From Hemiscyllium ocellatum (lineage: Eukaryota), in NCBI RefSeq assembly GCF_020745735.1, contig NC_083446.1:248001-312000 (forward strand): a stretch of DNA of 64,000 nucleotides, in the 5' to 3' direction. The notes under the pieces are model-generated. The model was not told the DNA's origin. It saw only the letters and a program-made list of their open reading frames with translations, and did not search any database. The translations under genes were made by a program, and so were the position numbers. Shown piece by piece: positions 48,829-60,180 of the stretch (the first letter of the stretch is position 1; each line of letters begins with the position of its first letter).

Positions 48829-49323
48829 GAAACAAAAGATATAAAAGATTCAAAAACGTTAGTCAGATTTTGAAAAAAGTGAACAAAAGGCAGGCCATGC
48901 TGAACATTTAATTAACAACAAAAGACAACTTTGCTGTTTCCACATGCACAAAGTTACTAAACAGAATCAACCCTGGAAGGTACTGCGTGATGAAAACTAT
49001 CACAATTCAGTCCAGGACAGTGCAGTGTGATTTTAAGGTTTTGGGAAGTTGTGCGGGTTTTACTTTCAAAATGCACAGACCATATCAGGAAGATGCAAGT
49101 GGTCAGACTCTGTTGCTGTGTGGGTGACAAGAGCTAAGAGTTAATCATAAGCTCCACAAGAAGTTCCACAAGGGACTTTAGAAAGAAACTGCAATTACTG
49201 AGGAATACAATTAAACCAGAAAGCATGTTAACCATGGAATGTGAGAGTAAAAGATTGAGAATTTAATCCCATCCCCAAGATCTGTTGCTACACTTGGGGT
49301 CAGTGTGAGGGGGTGTCAACATC

Positions 49324-49662
49324 TCACGCAACATAAGGGAAGTTCAACAGCAGACCCTCGCCTGCATTCAGATGAATATCAGTCAAACTGATTTCTCCCT
49401 CTGACCTCTCAGTGTTTGAGCTCAGCTCAATGGAAGCTTTGGCTGGGAGGGAGCTATCCTCCAGCGTCACCACTGTAGACTGGGTGTCGAGGTTGACCAA
49501 GACAAGGAACCGGTCACTTTGGTCCCAGACCCGAGTGTATCCATAGACATTTCCTTTGCTGTGGACAGACTGGAACTCGCCAAATTGCAATGATCGCTCC
49601 TTGATTTTCAGCAAGCTCAGCTTCTTAAACAGAGACAGGAGAGATGGAGGGGATTTCTGACC
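49324..49662 (-). CDS. SLC3A2: SLC3A2 coding exon 9
   Basis: ctctatag|GGT acceptor; ends FPYVA-TGA. Confidence 0.95.
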   Translation of the reverse strand, partial: GQKSPPSLLSLFKKLSLLKIKERSLQFGEFQSVHSKGNVYGYTRVWDQSDRFLVLVNLDTQSTVVTLEDSSLPAKASIELSSNTERSEGEISLTDIHLNAGEGLLLNFPYVA

Positions 49663-52600
49663 CTATAGAGAGACAGCAAAAAAAAACAACTTCAAAGCAT
49701 TTTAAATAAGCCATTCAGGTTCACAGAGCAGTTTACAGCATGGGAGAGCACACAGCCTAATACCCCAGTGGGTTGGGGTAGGGCGGAAGAGAGAGGCAGA
49801 GGGAAGAGATGGTCCATACCCCTGTGAGAGTCAGAGTGTGTGTATGCAAATCCCAGTGAGAGCGTGTGTATCTGAGAAAGCCTGTACAAGAGAGAGGAGA
49901 GGAGAGAGTGTGTGTGAGTGAGTGACACAGCCTGTACTCATGAGAGTCAGTGTGTATGAGAGCTGTATCCTAGCAAGGATCAGTCAAAGAGGCAGACATG
50001 ATAATGGAGAGTGTATTTTGTTTTTTTTAAAAGAAAGGTTGTAAATATAAAACCACAGTGAGGTAACTGAAACACTAACCTGGACTGTTTGATTTAACAG
50101 TGGGGCTTCACGAAAACTCTGTTTGGACGTGAAGCCTCCATTTGCTGAATTATTCCACAGCATCCATGGGGCATTTCCCTTGTTTACCTGCAGACAACAC
50201 ACAAGGTCAGAACTATTTAAACACAGAATCTACAATGTAATGTCCATGAGAAAGGGATTCACTCAATTTCCACACAAGTTCCCAAATCATCTGATCATAG
50301 AGGTGTCAATCATGGGACATTGCCCACAGGACACTACAAAGACCTCACCCACCAGTGCCTCTTGAAAGTGATTTATGGAAAGAACAGAGTGGATATTTCC
50401 ATAAGTCACTTTCAAGAGAGCAACTTGCCTGACAGCCTCAAGTTGATGACTTAGTTCTGATTGTTGAGACTGTGGGGAACCCAGTCAGCAACCATTAGTA
50501 AGCTGCAACGTTTTTAGTTCCTAATCCTCAGACTGATCCCTGGGCTGGTGGGATTGACCTTTGTAAAGGGGTTGAACCAGTTGGGAATATATTTGCACTG
50601 TTCAGAAGAATGAGTGGGGAAATCTCAGAGCCTTATAAAATCTGAACAGGACTAGACAGGGATCCCAATAACCAGGGAGTCCAGAACCAGGGACCACAAT
50701 CTAAAGATACCAGGTAAACCATTTAGGACTGAAGAGGAGAACTGTCTTCATCCATGGTGTAGTGAGCCTGTAGAATCCTCTGCCACAGAAACAATCATAG
50801 CCAAAACATTGTACGATTTTAAAATGTTGAAGTTGGATTTAGCACTTGGGGGCTAAAGGGATCAGAGGATATGGGGGAAAAGCAGGAACAGGGTATTGAT
50901 TCGGATGATCAGATGCGATCATTATCAATGCCAGAGCAGCCTTGAAGGGCCAAATGTCCTAATCCTGCTCCTAATTTCTATCAAGTTTGTAATCTTTGTA
51001 CAGGCTCTGCAGCATGCAGCCCCCCACCATCTCCTCATCCACCTGTCTCTAACCTATTCCTCACCCCCCCCCACACTCCTCCTCCGCCCCCCCCACCCCA
51101 CCCCGAGCACAAACCAGTGTCTGTACCTGGTTGTCTTCCAAGCCGATCTCATCTCCATAATAAATAAAAGGAGTCCCGGGGAGCGTGAAGAGCATCATGT
51201 GGACCAGTCCATGAAGGTGTTGCTGTATCGACGATGCCATGTGACCCATTTCATAACCTGAAAGCTGCACAGAGACTCTAAGCATCAGTATTAGCCATAA
51301 CACATGAATCAGTCAACAGCTCCCTCCCTAAATACAACCCGCCAGCTCAAACAACAGCCCACTCCATTCGGACCGGAGCACCACAGAAGGCACCACTGCA
51401 CCACAGGTTACATACCGCCCAGCTTGGCCAGGACTTGCCGCAGTTCTCGATGTACTTCTCCACACTTTGCTGAACGCTCTTTGCAACTGGAGGCTTCGAA
51501 GTCAAAAAGATTTGTCGGAGATAGTAACTGAAGAAAAGGTCAGTATCTGATCGATTCAACAGCTGCAGAATCTCCTCATTTTCAGAAATGGCTGTGCCAG
51601 CAATGAAAATCCTGGGGGACAATAACTAAATATTAATATGGAAGGGAGTGAAAGAGATCAGCTTGTGTGTATACATGTCTCAAATGGTACATGCTGTGAG
51701 CTGGTATTGTGACAAGACTGTTCCTTACCTTGGGTCATCATCCCCAGAGAAATTCTTGGTGAGGTTCTGCCACTCAATCACTCTGTGGGGAGCCTGTGAC
51801 AATTTCAACAAGAAATCAAAACTCAGCCAGCAATTTAAATGAAGATGATGTTACTCAGACAGCCAGGCTTCAGCCAGGGTGGTAAAGAGAGAGATCAAGA
51901 GAGCGCGGGACTGAGAAAGCAACACAGGCAGATGAGGAGGTAGGTTCCTTCAACTCTGGTTAGTAAGGGGGCTCTCTTCCTGGTGAGATCATGCAGCAGA
52001 TTCCCCACTTCCACTGCAGGACAGGGACTGTATTGTGAAGGTGGGATACCTCATGCCACCCTGCAGTTTATTTGCGAGTACCACACAGTCAATGCAGCAA
52101 ATACACCAACTGTCAACAGCACTGCGTGACAGCGGGTGGGGGGTGTAAATGCAAGAAAGGGGTCACGCACTTACCGAAGTTAGAACTTCCTCGATCCCTG
52201 ACACACTCAGTCCATCCACACCCATTTTCAGCCAAAACTGAAATGCCTCCTTCTCCTGTGGGAAATAGAACCAGTTTACTGTACTGCTGCTTGTTAATCT
52301 CCAATCTAATACAGGATTAATGAAAACCTGTCAGTCCATGATCCTCCTGTCAAGGACTTCCCATTAACAATGCTTACTTGTACTTCTACCATAAAACTGC
52401 CTGTCAACATTTCCATCGGAAATCCTGTATGTAAACGGTCACATGTGGTAGCATGCGCTGGTTAGTATCTGGCACTCTGCATTCAACTTACTTTCAGCAC
52501 TTTTACCCTCTTCTATTCATCAAAGACATTAGATTAGATTACCTACAGTATTGAAACAGGCCCTTCGGCCCAACAAGTTCACACCAACCTTCAGAAGATT

Positions 52601-55600
52601 AACCCCCACAGACCCATTCCCCTAACTTATATTTACCCCTGACCAATGCACCTAACACTATGGGCAATTTAGCATGGCCAACTCACCTGACCCGCACATC
52701 TTCAGATTGTGGAGGAAACTGGATCACCCGGAGAAAACCCATACAGACAAGGGGAGGATGTGCAAACTCCACACAGACAGGTGCCTGAGGCAGGAATCGA
52801 ACCCTGGCCCCTGGCGCTGAGAGGCAATAGCGTAGTGCTAATCATTAAGCCACCATGTCGTCCCATTGTGACAGCCTGGCGTGCAATCCTGGCCTCACTC
52901 CTCCAACCGAAGTGTTAGAGCACTGAAGTGGCATACTATCAGACCAGAAGAAACTTCATCTAATGCTGTTCCACACATCCCCTCTCACCTCAAATCCCTC
53001 TCCCAGCTGAGACGATGTCACTACAGAGACAGCAAGTGCCCCCTGCTCAGCACCCAAGAGTCTCAAAGCCGATTAAGTTGGGCTGGGGTGGGGGTGGGGG
53101 GTGGGTGGGTGGTGGTGGTGTTTCAAGACCCAGCCTAATCTAGTCACCACAACAAAGGGGTATATCCTTATGAAAATGGCACATACCTTTAACACATCTT
53201 GGCCACCATCAGTCCTGTTGAAGTTAATCCCAAACCACTTCTGCTTTCCTTTGTAATTGGGAGTGAGATCAAGAATCACCTTGAGACCTGTTTGGACACA
53301 TAATCTGACTGAGTTTCAAGCAGCTGCAGGACAAAGGTGAATATTTGGTTCAGTTTTTAATGGTGATAGCAGATTCATTTGCTATGAGCTTTCAAAATTC
53401 TGTCCAATTTTGTAATAGTGTCCACAGATTGGAGGGTGAAAAATGTAACCCTACTGTTTAAAGGGGGACAAAGCAGAAAACATGGAATTACAGACTGTCA
53501 GCCTGATATCAGTCAGAGAGGAAATGCCAGAACCTAATATAACAGATGTGATAAATGGGCCTTTAAACAAACAGTGAGATGCCTGAATAAAGCAATGTTG
53601 GGAGATCATGGTACAAACCTGTTAAGAGATTTAATATGAGGACATTACTAGCAGAGGGAAAGCTATAGGTTTTCTGGATTCTCACACAAGAGGATCACAA
53701 ACTGAATTAAGGCACACAGGACTGAGGTAGCATAAAAGAATGTGGATTGATTAATAGGCAGAAAGTAGAGAGTGGGAACAACTGGGTCAATCTCAGATTG
53801 GCAAGTTGTAACCAATAGGGTCACAAGGATTTGTGCTTGGGTCCAAATCACAAGCAATATCAATGATCTGGACATAGGATACAGCAATGGAATATCATGT
53901 GGATGTGTGAAGTTATTCAATTTGGCAGGAAAAACAGAAATGCTGAGCATTTCTGAACATCAGCCACTCCAAACAAGACAATCATAGATTCATTACTCCC
54001 TCTTAGTCACAGACTGGGGAGAATGAGGGGCATAAAGAGGGAATCGTGGGGAAGGGGGTTCTCAGGAGAAGGTCTCCTGCTGTTCCCACTGTTACCTCAC
54101 ACCCAGAAAGGGGAATTTTACCCAAATAATGAGAGATAGAATTTATTGGACAGCGCAGTACTGTTTGACTGCAATCCTAGTTACCTTTCCTCCTGGCCAC
54201 CTCCAGCAGCTTCTCCATCTGCTCCAAGGTGCCAAATGTGCTGTCAATCTTGTTCAGCCTCGTCTCGTTGACCATGTCTGCAACATTCTGGTGGATTGGG
54301 CCAATGATGATGCCTTTAACCTTGAGGGCAGCAACCTCCTCCATTCTCTGACTCACTCCTGCAGGTGACAACACATAGATATACATTGAGCACCGCCAAC
54401 TTTACTGAACAAGGTGCCGATCCCAAAGCCTAGTGACAGCCAGAGACTAATCCAGAACACCATCTCACCATCCAGCAGCCCCAAGCCCCGGATCCACCCC
54501 CACAGTAAACCCTCGCACAATGTGTCCCAGACCAGATCCCATCCCCAACATCCAGCCAACTCTCTCAACCCAGGCCAATTCTGCACTGACTCAGCAGCAA
54601 TGCCCCACCCACCGCCCGCCGAAGCCCCACCCACCGCCAGCCCCACCCACCGCCCGCCGAAGCCCCACCCACCGCCAGCCCCACCCACCGCCCGCCGAAG
54701 CCCCACCCACCGCCGCACAAAACCTCCCCGTTGCCAGGGGCGGGACCTAGAGATTAAAGGTGGGGATGCCCCGCCCCCTACGGCTGATGCAACAGGAGAA
54801 CACGCCCCCACCAACCGTCACCCTCCACATACACACCCCCTCCCCCACATACACACCCCCCGACCCTCACCCCCTCCCTCACACACACCCCCCGACCCTC
54901 ACCCCCTCCCTCACACACACCCCCCGACCCTCACCCCCTCCCTCACACACACCCCCCGACCCTCACCCCCTCCCCCACACACACCCCCCGACCCTCACCC
55001 CCTCCCCCACACACACCCCCCGACCCTCACCCCCTCCCCCACACACACCTTCACCCCCGACCCTCACCCCACATCCACTCTCATACCCTCTCCCACCAAC
55101 CGTCACCCTCACCCCCCCCTCGCCCCTCACCCTCTCCCCCCCCTCGCCCCTCACCCTCACCCCCCCCTCGCCCCTCACCCTCACCCCCCCCTCGCCTCGC
55201 CCCTCACCCTCACCCCCCCCGCCCCTCACCCTCACCCCCCCCGCCCCTCACCCCCCCCCCTCACCCTCACCCCCCCCCCCCGGTACCTGCCAGGTCTCCC
55301 TCGCCGTCTCCATCCGAGTCCTGAAAGGCCGGGCTGTGGATGCGGTAGAGGCCGCCGCGCTGCCACCACGGGGAGGGGGGGAGCGGGCGGCAGCGCGGGG
55401 CCTGGACGATGATAACCACCGCCCCGGCCAACATGGCGAGCCAGGCCAGCCAGAAGAGGGTTAGGAGCAGCCAGCGGCTCCGGACCCAGGCCGGGCTGCT
55501 CGCCACCGCCAGCAGCTCATCTTTACTCAGGCCCGTGAACTTAGTGGGAGTCGCAGGCCCAAGGCCCGAGCCGGGACTCGCTTCCCCCTTCTCCCCTTTC

Positions 55601-55722
55601 AGAGCCCCGTTCGTGTCCCCAGCCAGACCCGCTGTCATCGGCAGCTTCTCCTGGTCTACTTCGTTCAGCTCGACCTCCTTAAGGCCCAGCTCAGCGTCCT
55701 TCATCCCGGCCTCAGAGCTCAT
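49324..55722 (-). CDS. SLC3A2: 4F2 cell-surface antigen heavy chain (CD98hc), 545 aa, 9 coding exons
   Basis: KEVELNE..QEKLPM, KFTGLSKDELL, WVRSRW + TM helix, QAPRC (disulfide Cys), LDLTPNY, FWL..GVDG, LFTLPGTP..YGDEIGL, KERSL, GEGLLLNFPYVA*; all introns GT-AG with consistent phases; CDS 1638 nt. Confidence 0.97.
50080..50187 (-). CDS. SLC3A2: SLC3A2 coding exon 8
   Basis: 108 nt, phase 0-0; APWMLWNNS. Confidence 0.9.
50560..50980 (+). mobile_element. CR1 3' fragment (intronic)
   Basis: Decayed RRMSGEISEPYKI / RGHNLKI-like remnants and a tail cttgaagggccaaat. Confidence 0.7.
51127..51264 (-). CDS. SLC3A2: SLC3A2 coding exon 7
   Basis: 138 nt; LFTLPGTPFIYYGDEIGL. Confidence 0.93.
51416..51611 (-). 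CDS. SLC3A2: SLC3A2 coding exon 6
   Basis: 196 nt, phase 2-0; IFIAGT...WPSWA. Confidence 0.92.
51729..51793 (-). CDS. SLC3A2: SLC3A2 coding exon 5
   Basis: 65 nt, phase 0-2; EWQNLTKNFS. Confidence 0.92.
52175..52255 (-). CDS. SLC3A2: SLC3A2 coding exon 4
   Basis: 81 nt; EAFQFWLKMGVDGLSVSGIE; a second in-frame acceptor 6 nt inside is possible. Confidence 0.9.
52529..52862 (-). mobile_element. V-SINE (diverged copy)
   Basis: Similar to 17697-18014. Confidence 0.88.
53187..53287 (-). CDS. SLC3A2: SLC3A2 coding exon 3
   Basis: 101 nt, phase 1-0; LKVILDLTPNYKGKQKWF. Confidence 0.95.
54185..54358 (-). CDS. SLC3A2: SLC3A2 coding exon 2
   Basis: 174 nt, phase 1-1; LKVKGIIIGPIH. Confidence 0.95.
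54735..54795. promoter_or_regulatory. Candidate intronic regulatory module: two GC-boxes plus a C/EBP-ATF response element TGATGCAAC (54785-54793)
   Basis: GGGGCGGGA, GCCCCGCCCC and a TGATGxAAx consensus in a short unique island between C-rich repeats. Confidence 0.5.
54830..55281. repeat. C-rich low-complexity tandem repeats in SLC3A2 intron 1 (also 42-bp units at ~54605-54715)
   Basis: Units such as ccccgaccctcaccccctccctcacacacacc. Confidence 0.9.
55287..55722 (-). CDS. SLC3A2: SLC3A2 coding exon 1 (cytoplasmic tail, TM helix, neck)
   Basis: aacATG at 55722; GCAG|gtaccg donor in phase 1. Confidence 0.95.
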
Positions 55723-55765
55723 GTTAGCGGCTCTCCAAAACACTGCTGTCGGCCTTGAAACTAGA

Positions 55766-56290
55766 AAATACTGCTTCCTACAGCCCCGTGACACTGCAAT
55801 ACTGCTTCCTACAGCCCCGTGACACTGCAATACTGCTTCCTACAGCCGCGACACTGCAATACTGCTTCCCACAGCCCCGCGACACTGCAATACTGCTTCC
55901 CACAGCCCCGCGACACTGCAATACTGCTTCCCACAGCCCCGCGACACTGCAATACTGCTTCCCACAGCCCCGCGACACTGCAATACTGCTTCCTACAGCC
56001 CCGCGACACTGCAATACTGCTTCCCACAGCCCCGCGACACTGCAATACTGCTTCCCACAGCCGCGACACTGCAATACTGCTTCCCACAGCCCCGCGACAC
56101 TGCAATACTGCTTCCCACAGCCCCGTGACACTGCAATACTGCTTCCCACAGCCGCGACACTGCAATACTGCTTCCTACAGCCCCGCGACACTGCAATACT
56201 GCTTCCCACAGCCGCGACACTGCAATACTGCTTCCTACAGCCCCGCGACACTGCAATACTGCTTCCCACAGCCCCGCAACCCTGTAATAC
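55766..56290. repeat. 31-bp minisatellite (GACACTGCAATACTGCTTCCCACAGCCCCGC)n, ~17 copies, starting ~45 bp upstream of the SLC3A2 ATG
   Basis: Direct periodicity with 29-bp variants. Confidence 0.96.
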
Positions 56291-56609
56291 TATTGCTGTA
56301 ATAATCCTACTTCAGTTCCCCAACACGACGCCACAGAACTGCGTCCGTGTGCGCTCTCTAACAACCTATTTGGTTTCCAGACCGTCTCTCTTTCTCTGAG
56401 GAACCCCACCTCACTCCCTTCCCCTTTTAAAGGCTCTGCCAGCCTCCTCCTCCTCCTCATCACTGCAGAATTTAAGGTGGAACTTCCAGTATTCACACTG
56501 CAGGAGAGTTACTAAAACTCTCAGGAGTACAACGACTTCAGGAAATATGGAGAGAGACTGGAGAAATTGGGATTATTCTGCTCTGAGTAGAGAGAGTTAG
56601 GAAAGGAGA

Positions 56610-57660
56610 TATCCTTCTTGCATTTACCTTCTCTGGTCCTGTTAGAATTTTCATGAGCTTTCCACCCTCATTCTTCTAAATTCCAGTGACTGTAGTACAC
56701 TGATCCAGCCTCTCTTCATATCTTAGTTCTACCAATACAGGAATCAGTCTGATAAACCGTCATTGTGCTCCCTCATAACTAGAACATCTTTTAGTGACAG
56801 TCACCAAAACTGGAAACAATACTTCATATTTGGTCTCACCAAGGCCCTGTGTAATTGATTAGATTAGTTACAGTGTGGAAACAGGCCCTTCGGCCCAACA
56901 AGTCCACACCGACCCTCCGAAGAGCAACCCACCCAGATCCATTTTCCTACATTTACCCCTTCACCTAACACTACTGGCAATTCAGCATAGCCAATTCACC
57001 TAACCTGCAAATTTTTGGACTGTAGAAGGAAAACAGAGCACCCAGAGGAAACCCACACAGACACGGGGAGAATGTGCAAACTCCACGCAGTCAGTCGCCT
57101 GAGGCGGGAATTGAATCTAGGTCTCTGGTGCTGTGAGGCAGCAGTGCTGACCACTGTGCCGCCCAAAATTGTAGCCAGACACCCTTGTTCCTTTACTCAA
57201 AACCTCTCGCTATTAAGGTTAACAGATTATTTGCCTGCTGTAGCTGCATGCTTACTTCCAGTGATTGGTACACAAGGACACCCAGGTCTCTCTGCACCTC
57301 CCCTTTTCCCAATCTATCATCAGTCAGATAATATTTGTCTTTCTGGTTTTGCTACCAAGGTGAATAACCTCACATTTATCCATATTAAACTGCATATGCC
57401 AAGCATTTACCCACTGATTCAATTTGTTCAAATCACACTGAAGCATCTCTGCAGCCTCCTCATAATTCAGCCTCTGTAAATTTAGAGACATTACATTTAG
57501 TTCCCTATCTAAATCATTCATACATGTCATGAATAGCTTGTGGCCAAACACTTATCCCTGACGTATCCCATTAATAACTGGCTACCACTGGAAAATGGCC
57601 TGCTTATCGCTACTTTTTGTTTCCTGTCTGCCAATCAGTTCTCTATCCATGTCACTACAC
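56610..57660 (-). mobile_element. Decayed CR1 fragment hosting a V-SINE (56858-57163, -)
   Basis: LQCDLNKLNQWVNAWHMQFNMDKCEVIHLG motif. Confidence 0.85.
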
Positions 57661-58854
57661 TTTCTCTCACATATCCTCCCCCCCAAAAATCACATGTATT
57701 TCAAAACATTAGTTAGTTCAGAGAAGATTTGATAGAGTTTTTTAAACTCATGAGGTGTCTGGCAGAGTGGACAAGGAGAAATTATTCTGTGCTAAAGAAT
57801 CAAGAACCAGAAGGCACTGTAAAAGAAGCAATGCAAAGGTGAGATAAACTTTTTTCACATAGTGAGTACTTAGGATATGGAATGAACTGTCTGGAATTGA
57901 AAACAAAATAGCTCTGTTCTAGTAGCCATGACAGAAACATGGCTGTCAGATTATGTGGATATTGCACCTGAATGTTGTAGGGTGCAGGATATTTTAGGGA
58001 AGAAAAGGTGGAGGGTGGCTCTGTTCATTAATGATAGCATGTACACAAGAAAGAAGGACTACCTAGGTTTAGGGACGAGGTTGTAAAAAATGGTTTGAGT
58101 TGAGATGAGAAAAGATAAAAGCAATAAGTCACTTGTAGGAATGGTATATGGATCCCAACATTCACCATTGTACTCCCTCATAGCTAGAACACCTTTTAGC
58201 GACAGTCACCAAAACTGAAACAATACTTTGTATTTGGTATCACCAAGGCCCTGTGTAATTGTAGCAAGACATCCTTGACCCTCTACTCAAAACCTCTCGC
58301 TATTAAGATTAACAGATTATTTGCCTGATGTAGCTGCATGCTTACTTCCAGTGACTGGTACACAAGGCCACCCAGGAGATCAGAAAGGATAAAAGCAATA
58401 AGTCACTTATAAGAATGGTATATGGATCCCAGCATTCACCACATGTTACAGTGGAGCTTAAATGAGCTTGTCAGGGAGGCAAAATGACAGGAATAGGAGA
58501 ATTTACATACAGACTTAAAAATTCAGATGGGCAAAGGTAGCTCAGATGAAAAATTCATGGAACTTTTCCTGGATGGTTTCTTGGAACAGCATGTTATCAA
58601 GCCAATCAGAAAGCTGGCTATACTGAACCTGGTGCTGTGTAATAAGATACACTTAATTAATGATCTCATGGTAAAGGTGCCCTACAAAGCAGCAAGCATA
58701 ATGCAATTGAATCTTACATTCAGTTTGTTGTAGGAATGAGTGTATTTGAGACTATTTTTAAAAATTTAGATAAGGGGAATTATCAAGACATGAAAGAAGA
58801 GCTGGCTGAAGTGAATTGGCAAATTAGGTTAAAGGCTATGTCAATAGATTTATT

Positions 58855-59162
58855 TATTAGATTACTTACAGTGTGGAAACAGGCCCTTCGGCCCAACAAG
58901 TCCACACCGACCCGCCGAAGCGCAACCCACCCATACCCCTACATTTGCCCCTTACCTAACACTAGGGGCAATTTAGCATGGCCAATTCACCTGACCCGCA
59001 CATCTTTGGACTGTGGAAGGAAACCGGAGCACCCGGAGGAAACCCACGCAGACACGGGGAGAATGTGCAAACTCCACACGGTCAGTCGCCTGAGTCGGGA
59101 ATTGAACCCGGATCTCAGGCGCTGTGAGGCCACAGTGCTAACCACTGTGCCACCGTGCCACC
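58855..59162 (-). mobile_element. HE1-like V-SINE, full length
   Basis: Near-identical to 17697-18014. Confidence 0.93.
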
Positions 59163-59371
59163 CACAATATCCAATAGCAGAGACTATTTCAGAATATACA
59201 GATCAGGTACATTTCAACCAGCAAGAAAAATTTCAAGGATGGATCTGCAATCTATGGCTAACGAGAAAGGTTAAAGATAGTATCAAACATAAAGAAAAGC
59301 AGATAATTGTGGAGCATTGAGTCAGAAGAGTGGGTAGCATATAAAAAAAATTCATAAAGAGAGAAATTAAG

Positions 59372-60180
59372 AAGCACAGCATGTCAGGCAGCATCCGAAG
59401 AGCAGGAGAGTCGACATTTCAGGCAGCCTCGTAAGGAATGAGGCTGTGAGCCAAGGGGGTGGTGAGATAAATGGAAGGGGGGTAGGGCTGGAGGGGAAGA
59501 TCTGAGAGTGCGATAGGTAGATGGAGGTGGGGGTACTAGTGATGGGTCAGAGGGGAAGGTGGAGTGAATAGGTGGGAAGGAAGATGGACAGGTCATGAGG
59601 GCAGTGCCGAGTTGGAAAGTTAGATCTGGGACAAGGTGGGGGGAGGGGAAATGGGGAAACTGGTGAAATCCACATTGATGCCATGGGGTTGGAGGGTCCC
59701 AAGGCAGAGGATGAGAGGTTCCTACTCCAGGCTTCAGGTGGTTAGGGAGTGGTGATGTACGAGGCCCAGCTCTTGCATGTCCTTGGCGGTGTAGGAAGGG
59801 AAAGTGCTCAGCAATGGGGCGGTGGGGTTAGTTGATGTGGGTGTCCAGAGATGTTCTCTGAAGCACTTTGTGAGTAGGCATTCTGTCCACCCAATGTAGA
59901 GGAGACTGCATCAGGAGTAACAACATGTGTGGATGTGCAGGTGAAACTTTGATTGATGTGGAAGGCTCCTTTGGGGCCTTGGATGAAGGTGAGGGGGTAG
60001 GTGTGAATATAGGTTTTGCAATTCCTGCGGTGGCAGGAGGTGCCGGGAGTGGAGGATGGGTTTGAGGGGGGGTGGGGCGCGGTGGGGGGTGAAGTGGATC
60101 TGACAAGGGAATGGTCTTTGCGGAAAGTTGGTAGGGGTGGGGAGAGAAATATATCTCTTGTGGTGGGGTCCGTTTGTAAG
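59372..60180 (-). mobile_element. Penelope-like element 3' fragment
   Basis: Colinear with 6090-6830 and 20630-21420. Confidence 0.85.

Noticed and set aside
55723-55830. N-terminal extension of SLC3A2 from the ORF track (MQCHGAVG...)
   Set aside because: Starts at a non-ATG codon inside the 31-bp repeat; the first ATG in frame is 55722
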